Part shown: piece after piece, positions 33,703 through 41,894 of the stretch
Position numbering within the stretch: position 1 is the stretch's first letter
Layout of the letters: each line of letters begins with the position of its first letter
Source: Seison nebaliae
Lineage: Eukaryota
Direction of reading: 5' to 3'
Assembly: GCA_023231475.1 (NCBI GenBank)
Contig: JALJEE010003184.1
Coordinates: forward strand, 1-41,894
DNA length: 41,894 nt
Program-made: the position numbers and the translations under genes
The notes under the pieces: model-generated
Database searches by the model: none
Told to the model about the DNA's origin: nothing
What the model saw: the letters and a program-made list of their open reading frames with translations, nothing else

Positions 33703-35037
33703 TTACATTTTGAACGATTTGTTAGAACCAACTCGATTACCTTGCGAATCGTAATAAACATAATAGGAAATATACTCTATCGACGAATCAGTATTAGCAC
33801 GAACAGAACTTCGACGTTTTTCTCGACGTGATGATTTCGAGAAATCTGTTTTCAATTTTCTTGAATGTGATGCTAATCGACTTCTGAGATTTAGGAAGTT
33901 AAAACATACGGAAAATATTCAAGAGTTTTTGAATGAACTTGTTGGCTGTTGTGGTTGGTAAGAGTTCATCAGAAGAAGTATTTTGATTCACAAATGACTT
34001 CGCTAACTCTTCAGTATTTTTCTCTTCAGCAAAATCTAAAAATAATTTTTTAATATTTTTAATAAAATCCTAATTCAAATAAATTGTTCTATTTCATTTT
34101 TCATCCGAATATAATTCAAATATATTAAATTTAAACGAACGTTGATCTGTTTGTGGGTCGGTGGGAAGGGATGATGTATCTGTCACTTCAGAAACCGTTT
34201 TATTATTCAATACGTTCGCTCTTAAATCATCTTCATCCTTAAGAAATATTTTTCGGTTACTTCCAAGAATATTCGATTTCAGTCGGTCATTTTTTATTCG
34301 AGACATTCCGATTTCATTTGAAAGTTTTCCATTGCCCACTTTGTCATACACGACTGATTTCTCCTTTGGGTGTGATATTAATGAATTGTTATCGGTTGTT
34401 CCTTCGCTTGTTAAAGAAAGTTCTTTATCCTTCATCATTCCCCCATTCTTAGTTTTATTTCTTTTTCCTAAAGTTTTTGATTTTTTTCCATTTTTACCGA
34501 TTGTTGTTGAATCGCCTGTTGGACCAACTTCTTTGTGAACATTACTTTCTCTTCGAAATGCACGACGTTTACGAAAGAACATAATTAATAAAATAATTGC
34601 GACAAGTAACATGATGAATGCTACAGCCCCAATTATAGCACTAATAAGAATCGGTTTGGAAATCGGTCCATCTTCCCTGGAAATAATTACTCAAATTTTT
34701 AATTCTTTCAAATACGAAACTTTTCCGCTATATTTCTGTTAGAATTGGAGCTGGCTCCATTTCTCTCTCTCGCACTGGGTAGTGATTTAACTTTACCTCC
34801 TGACTTACCTGACTTACCTGAATTGTCTAAAGATGATGGTGGTTCATCTAAATAAATTTTCATTATCTTATATCGACAAAAATATTGATGAAACCTAGAG
34901 AACTTGGAGGATTAATTTGTTTTTGTTTATCTAACAAGAAAAAACAGGTATACAAATTGATAAAATTGAACTGATTAAAAGAAGATAAAAATTTCACTAT
35001 TATATTTGTAAGTGGGATCGGATGCTGGAGGTTTCAT
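33703..35037 (-). CDS. Orphan single-pass membrane protein with C-terminal ISYYVYYD motif
   Basis: Spliced model gives TM ILISAIIGAVAFIMLLVAIILLIMFF followed by RKRR, and a last exon ending ...EYISYYVYYDSQGNRVGSNKSFKM*. The 5' end is uncertain (it needs a GTG donor). Confidence 0.6.
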
Positions 35038-35117
35038 TCTGGCGCATTAAAATTAAGTAGAATATTTAATTTTGAAAAATAGAAATATTTTATCCGACCG
35101 ATTTAAACAATGGAAAA

Positions 35118-35667
35118 TTAATTATCAGAATCAGATTCTGAAGAAGATGGAATTAATTTTGTAGGATCGAAATCGTCTTTCTGTTTTATCTTCCAATTCA
35201 ATTTACCTTTATGAGATATTTAATGACGAAGAGAAAAATTTCAATTTAAGCCCATCTTAAAATAATAAATTAAAACCTTTAAAATATTGTGGCCATCGGT
35301 TTTCATTAATTAAACGTTCCACATGATTTCTGGTTAAGATATTTACCAATTCGCATTTCACTTTCTCCCCATCATCTATTGGCAATGTGATGACATAATC
35401 ATGTCTTTTAATCCAAATCACTTTCCGAAATTTGACAGGCATACTCATTAAACAAACATTTCCATACTCATCTTCTACTTCATGCAAATTATTTCCACAT
35501 GATTTAAGCACCTGTCAATTGTCGTTTATTTAACTATTCCTTTTAAAATCTTAAAACAAAACTCGTTTAATTGAATGTTCACTTTCATCTAAATCGAACT
35601 CCTTATTGATTACTTCATCATAAACAATCTTTCGTTTTGTTGTGCTCGTCATGATAGGCTTTGACAT
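35118..35667 (-). CDS. EIF1AD: Probable RNA-binding protein EIF1AD (3 exons)
   Basis: TKRKIV; GNNLHEV...LMSMPVKFRKVIWIKRHDYV...PIDDGEKVKCEL...WPQYF; acidic PSSSESDSD tail; two short introns. Confidence 0.92.
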
Positions 35668-35799
35668 TAAAATTCGAAAATAATTCAAACTTTTCAAAAA
35701 TTTTCGATAAAATTTCTATATCGTTTTTAACATCTGGGACTAGGGGAATAACTTCTGACAACCAGAAAGTGTTAGTTTTTTGTTTGACTTTTATTATAA

Positions 35800-36400
35800 T
35801 TATCCTAATACATAATACATAATTTAGATGATTTGGATGCGGTAATTTTGTCGAATAAAGAAAACAAACGACGGCACATGAGAATGGGAAATGGAGCGAT
35901 ATTTACTGTGGCGAAGAGAAGAGAAAAGTTGCATCTATGAAAACAACATATAGTCCCCTTAATGAGCCGATTATAGGTCCCATCGAGCGAGAGGAATGAA
36001 TGATGTGAACAGAGAAAATAGTCTCCAAGGAGTACATCGGTAGAACTAAAATCTTAAGAAACGAAAGACAAATCTTCAACATAATGAATTTGGATTTAGG
36101 AGAAAAGGAGAAAAACGCTCTACAAGATTTATTACGAATACGGTTGAGAGCATACGACGAGAATGACCGAATATTGATCAAAGAGCCGAGAAAGACGATG
36201 GAAGAAGTGAAAGGCATGATGGAGAAAGAACGACTGCCAGTTGACAACAACCAACATTTTGATTCGTTAATGCAAATTCCTCCTTCGGCGAGAAGGTGAG
36301 TGATGCGTAGGTACGACAGCTTAAGTTTGCGAAGCGACCGATGAATGATAGAGCTGTCCAAACAAACATGAACAGAATATGAATTTTTCGAACTAAAATT
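35800..36400 (-). mobile_element. Degraded non-LTR retrotransposon RT C-terminal fragment
   Basis: GICINESKC, VFLGS, RAFFSFSPKSKFI...LVLPMYSLETIF, then frameshifted YNRLI...CFHRCN; colinear with 41100-41700. Confidence 0.75.
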
Positions 36401-36890
36401 GTAGAGTCTGGATTTATAAAAAACATATTTCATGATACATTGTTCAAAGATGTGGTTCTTCAAAAGTGTTCACATCAGTTGTTTAAACAAAGTGTTTCAA
36501 TAATTTCTAATTGTTTTTCAGTTACTTTCATGTTCATTTATGATGAAAAAACTCGATAAATGAAAATTTATTTAGCCTTCAACAAATAAAATTAGAGATT
36601 CATAAATTACTAATTATAAGACATTATGAAAACATAAAAGGTCGATAAAGAATGGTTAAAAGAACGAACAAATGATCATACAACCTGAATAATAGAACTG
36701 GTGTTGGAAAATCAAAATGGAATTAAAAATAAACTTTCAGAAATGGGAGCTTTGAATTTAATAAACAAAAATTTAATATACACTTAACAGTCATCTTGAA
36801 CTACAACCTAAATGTTACTTGGTAACGAATGAATTAGAACAAATTAAACTGATTATTTCTCATTGAATTCTATTATTCAAATCTTTCGTT

Positions 36891-37040
36891 ATGTTTAAAC
36901 CTCCACCCGTTCCACATCATAACGATGCTAGGAAATTTCAAAGAGTGGTTCCTGTTGGGAACTTCGACATGTATAAGAATGAAGGTATTAAGTTAGCTTG
37001 GTTAGGGAAGCATCAACGAGCACTAGAGGATCTAACTAAG
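36891..37040 (+). CDS. ODAD4: Alternative first coding exon (1a) of TTC25/ODAD4
   Basis: 50 codons MFKPPP...GNFDMYKNEGIKLAWLGKHQRALEDLTK then a phase-0 GTAAGT; similar to exon 37225-37368. Confidence 0.65.
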
Positions 37041-37224
37041 GTAAGTGCACCTGAGATACTCTAACATCAAATTATTGTAACTAATTCTCTTAATTTTTAT
37101 TCTTTCTATAATTTTTTTAATTTTACGTTTATTTTCTCCTAAGTTTCCTCCTAAACTAATATTGTTGAGATCGTCTCAATTGGATACAAATATAATTTAT
37201 TTTTTCAATAATTTAAAATAAATT

Positions 37225-40200
37225 ATGCCAGGCGGGAAATCAATGGATGTAGCGAGTGAAATGAGTTCTGATCGACAGCCAACTAAAAATTTTCCAGCTC
37301 TTATGGGTGAAGGGGATAAATTTTATAAAGATCAACTCTTTCAAAAAGCGGTAACTTGTTTCAGTGATGTAAGTTTTCTTTTTCTTAATTTAAAGGAAAA
37401 TTATTTTTTAAAATTATTTAATGGACATTAATACAAAACATTCTTTAATTTTTTAGGCATTGGAATTGAAACCGAATGATAAGGTATGTTTGGTGGCTAG
37501 ATCGAGTTGCTACTTGAAATTGGGAAAGAATTATTTAGCCTTACAAGATGCGGAATCTGCTTTAGAAGAAGATGAAACATTTGCAAAAGTTTTGTTTGTT
37601 GAAAGAAATTATTAAGTTGATTTCGTACCAAAACAGGGACTCTATCAAAAAGCAGAAGCATTATATTCAATGGGTGAATTCGAATTAGCACTGGTCTATT
37701 ATTATCGTGGAAAGAAATATCGTCCGGATATTCGCGAGTTCCAATTAGGAATTAATAAATCTCAAGAGGCTATAGATAATTGTGTTGGAGGTTAGTTATC
37801 ATTACTATGCAATCTATTCTTATTGGAATTCTCTTTGAAATTATTTAGCTAAAAAACATCCATATCTTATGAGTAAGTTTTCTAAATAATTCTCTTCCAT
37901 AAACATTTTGAGTCAACTTTTTTTAAAGTTTTGTTCTATCTCAATGATGGATATGTTCATTTGATATAAGATAAAAATTATTTGTTTTTAAGGAATTTAG
38001 AATGAAATTTTTTTTATAAATGATTTGAATTTTACTTTGTTTTTCCTCCTCAAACATTGAATTCATTTTCTACTTAAATTTGTTCACCAGATCCGGCGAA
38101 AACCAAATTGGAAGTTAAGGGTGATTTAACCTATTTCTACGAACAAACAGAAGTTAGATTTTTTTATGATGTTGTATAAAATTATAAAATTTCTTTGTAA
38201 AAATCTATAAAATTTTTCCAAACTAAATGCAAATTCGGTGAGAATAATTTAATAAGATTTAAATTCATATTATTTTTTTGAAATTTGATGCTGCACAAAG
38301 ATTCGATTGATTATTGATTTTTCACAGTTTTTCCAATATTATTACGATTGCATTTATATATATATGCAATATACGATATATATATTACGCTGTTACTTAT
38401 AATATTTAATATTTATAAAATGATTTTAATTGACATGTAATTTTTGCATATATCCGTTGTTGATGAGTTATTTCTTTATCCAAATGATTTGTTTGTTCTC
38501 ATCGTATTGTGTGATGAAGTATTATGGTGTAATTGCTGGAAATGTGTCTTGTCGTTTATTAATAATTTAATGTATATTTTTTGTTTTTAAAGAAAACAAA
38601 ACAACATAAAATTAAGGCAAGTACTACTCAACCATCAGGATATCAACGTCCAAAAGCAGCAGTTGTTTATCAGGAGAAAAGAAAAGAACGTCGACCATTA
38701 GAAGGCAATCAACGAACGCAAAAGCATTTATTAGGCGAATTATATGAAGACAGAATTTACTTAGAACGATTATTACGAGATGAAGAAATCAATTCCCCAA
38801 AAACCACATCAGCTCAACGAATCAATGATTTGATCAATGATGGTCTCGATTATTTGGACACTCGAACAGAATTTTGGAGACAACAGAGACCAATTTATGC
38901 TCGTCAAAGTTATTTCATCGAGAATTATAATTAAGCATCCATTTTAATAATTTATAGAGAAGCATCCAAAGACTAAGATTGGGCCGGATGTTAATAATTT
39001 GGAACCGTTTGTTAATCGGGAACTAGAGGAGATTGATGGAAGTTTTCATTTTATATGATTCACTTCTATTTATATTTCTTTCCCACTTAGTGCAATCGAG
39101 AAATAAATTCAGTTCTGCAATTCAAAGAACAGAAAAACTCATCAATTTTATCTCTCAACAGAAAATTGATGAAGACCAAAAAACCAAATATCTTGCCGAA
39201 TCTAATTTGATGGTGGGAATTGCACAATTGGCGATTGATAAAACGGAAATTGCTTTAGATATTTTCAAAAACGTATTAGTTTCTGCTGAAAAATTGTTAT
39301 ATTAATTCAATTTTTGATTTTATTTCAAATAATTTTAATAGAGATGATCGTCGATTAACAAATCTTGCTAATGAGAACTTGGGAAAAGTTTATAGGAAAA
39401 TGGGAGATTATCAAAATGCAATCAACAGTTGGAGTGCCCGATTACCAATTGAGGAAGAATCGATCGAACGTGCCTGGTATTTCCATTCAATCGGTCGATG
39501 TTATTTGGAGTTAAGTTAGAAATAATTTTTTATGAACTTAATAATGAATATGATATGAATATGTACTCTTCCAGATAATCTGGAGAAAGCTGAAGAATAT
39601 GGAACTGTTACTTTAGAAACAGGTCAAACATTGGAAGATAAAAAATGGCGAATGAATGGTCATATATTAGTGGCTCAAAGTCAAGGTTTACAAATAGCTC
39701 GACAAGTTTTTTGAAATATGAATCTTCAAAATTTATAGCACGTCGTGGATTATACACAGAAGCACTTAACTCTTTTGGAGAAGCAAAGAAATTTGCTCAA
39801 CTTGTCGGTTTAGTGTTTGAGAAAAACAATAATTAATTTTTTCTAAAAAATTTCATTTTAGGTGACAAAGCAGCAATTTCTGATCTGACCAAATATATGG
39901 ACGCCATTAATGATCGAATGGAAAAAGGTATGTCGAAAGAGAAAGATGATTTAGAACGTCAAGATTGGAAATATATCGGAGTAGGAACTAGAACTAATGC
40001 AGTTTTGCGAGGAACTAAAAAACTTCATAAGAATCTGCCCATTCGAATGGCGACACCCAAAAATCAATTCTTGATGCCAATTACTCAAGAATCTAAAGAA
40101 CTGACACGAAAGAAAGAGAAATTAGCTACCGAACTTAAGACTAAATTGTTGGAACAAAATGCAGCGCAAGTTAAAGTAGAGAAAGTAAATGTTGATGCAT

Positions 40201-40322
40201 CTCCTTCAGTGGTTCAACAAGACGGCGAATTATCTACCGTTCAATTGTTTAAGGATATTGATAAGTTTTCTGCAGATGCTCGTAAGACGAAAAAATCCAA
40301 AGATTCGAAGAACAAACCATAG
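37225..40322 (+). CDS. ODAD4: Outer dynein arm docking complex subunit 4 (TTC25), TPR protein, multi-exon
   Basis: CLVARSSCYLKLG...ALQDAE, GLYQKAEALYSMGEFELALVYYYRG...RP...EFQLGINKSQEAI, KLEVKGDL, LLGELYEDRIYLE, YLDTRTEFWRQQRPIYAR are TTC25 signature blocks; GT-AG introns keep the frame. Confidence 0.92.
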
Positions 40323-40476
40323 GTATTTAGAAAAAACCTACTGAAATGAACTAGTATAATAATAATTAATTGATAAAAATAAAAAATAAATTTATTGAAG
40401 ACGATCAAAACCATGAAATATTATTATAATTATTAATTCTTTCAGTTCTTTAATTTTTATATTTTTGTTTGAAGGA

Positions 40477-40954
40477 ATGATGAAATATAAAATAACTGTT
40501 GAGATGACTGACACAACATTCAAGAAAGAAGAAGAAAAATTATTTGTCATGGTCGAAGGAAAAGAGAAGAACACAGAGTTTATCCAATTGGAGGAATTGA
40601 ATTGTGCAGAGAAGGAATTTTTCGAACCTTACGAATCAAACACATTCTCTTTCTTCGCTGATGACGTATTGCCAGTTTGACGATTATGTTTCTAATTATT
40701 CTTTAAAAATTTGTTAGGTAGCAGGTTTGACGTTAAAGTTGGAGAGCAAAAATAAAGAAAGTGTCGAAGCGATTTTTAATGTCACAAATTTCTTATATTT
40801 CGATGCAAATCTTCAGAAGTTAATTCAAAATTAAGATATTGGTTTTCAACCATAATTTTGACTGTTCAACAGTGATCGCTGGAATTCGCTACAATTCGAA
40901 TACGATGAAGATGAAGAACAGTTTAAAGAAATCGAAATTAGTCTATTACCGTAA
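40477..40954 (+). CDS. Small PLAT/LH2-domain-like protein (3 exons)
   Basis: YKITVEMTD...LFVMVEG...TEFIQL...FEPYESNTF matches the PLAT pattern. Introns 40675-40717 and about 40819-40872 give a continuous frame. Confidence 0.6.
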
Positions 40955-41094
40955 AATGAATAATTGACAAAATGAATTAAATAAAATAAAAATATTCTAA
41001 TAATTTTATAATTATATTCATACCAGCTTTCATATCATTCATAGTATGAATGGGTATGAATTTTATACCCATATTTGAACGATCCATATTGGGA

Positions 41095-41700
41095 ACAATT
41101 TGTTTCCACACGTGATGGCTTACGCAGATAACATCGTGATTGTGGACTGTTCTCTCTGTCATCAAAAACGTTCATTCCAATGGATATCTTTACTTCTCAA
41201 GAACAGAGGCATTTCCATTAATTCATCCAAATGCTGTATCAAACGAGCGACGATCTTTCTTAGCAATTCCTCTCAAGCTCTCCACCATCTTTCTTGGGTC
41301 AACTATCGATTTCCGCGGATTATCATCATGCGCATTAGATCATGTTCGCAACAAATTATACAGAGCATTCTCCTTTTTCTCTCCAAGAACTAAATTCATT
41401 CCTCTAAGGTTACGTTTGCAGATTTTTAAGAGGTTAGTTCTGCCTCTTGACTCTCTGGAAACGATTTTTTTCTTTTACCGAACGTTCTTTTTTGTCCATT
41501 GACCGCGCATATAATCGGCTTATAAGGAGACTAGTTTACTGTTTTCACAGATGTAATCGTTCTCTCCTTTTCGCAACAGTCGCCCTGCTTCCCCTACCTA
41601 TTCTCTTCTCTCGTTGAGTCTTTACACTTATTGACAAGATCACTGAATCGAACTTCCACATATCACAAATTCCGTACATAGGCATCCTAAATAATCGATC
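41095..41700 (+). mobile_element. Degraded non-LTR retrotransposon RT fragment
   Basis: MAYADNIVI (degenerate YADD), GISINSSKC, frameshift to IFLGS...RAFSFFSPRTKFIP, then DRAYNRLI...CFHRCN. Confidence 0.8.
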
Positions 41701-41756
41701 GGTATTTTCGCATACCGTTCGTTATTATGGGTATATGAATGAATTTGTCTGATATA

Positions 41757-41894
41757 TTTTTTTTTTTTTTTTTATTATAGATGTAAATCCCTATAGGGTA
41801 ATTGATAAATAAATATTAAAAAGTCACGACATTGGTCGTTGGAAATTAGTTCACGGCATCTTGGAATATGATTTTTAAGATTGATTGGAACCAA
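41757..41894 (-). mobile_element. 3' end of a poly(A)-tailed retroelement (continues beyond the window)
   Basis: T17 run at 41757-41773 followed by the reverse complement of 20141-20235 (CCAAGATGCCGTnAACTAATTTCCAACGACC...TTACCCTATAGGGATTTACAT). Confidence 0.85.

Noticed and set aside
36084..36299. 71-aa plus-strand ORF
   Set aside because: Antisense to a LINE RT fragment; no independent support.
1..41894. Alternative genetic code, tRNA or rRNA genes
   Set aside because: Long ORFs and spliced models read cleanly in the standard code; no structural RNA gene recognised by eye.

Overview
AT-rich, gene-dense invertebrate nuclear DNA (standard code; mostly ~43-60 nt introns that almost all start GTT; the style fits a syndermatan/rotifer relative, which is inference only). 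1-5.6 kb: a transposon-rich block with two intronless, strongly diverged USP/C19-like peptidase paralogs, an HTH remnant, a LINE ORF1 remnant and a pogo/Tc1-like terminus. Then a single-exon 3516-aa bark/anakonda-like gene, a TEDC2-like gene, a decayed Ty3/Gypsy element next to a LINE 3' fragment, and an 11-exon GABA-B(R3-like) receptor with a ~1,150-aa tail. A tightly packed minus-strand cluster follows (EIF1AD, two orphan genes sharing an ISYYVYYD C-terminal motif, a Thr/Lys mucin-like gene). The window ends with TTC25/ODAD4 (duplicated first exon, candidate micro-exon), a small PLAT gene and more LINE fragments. All exon models and family calls were made by eye; no database searches were run.
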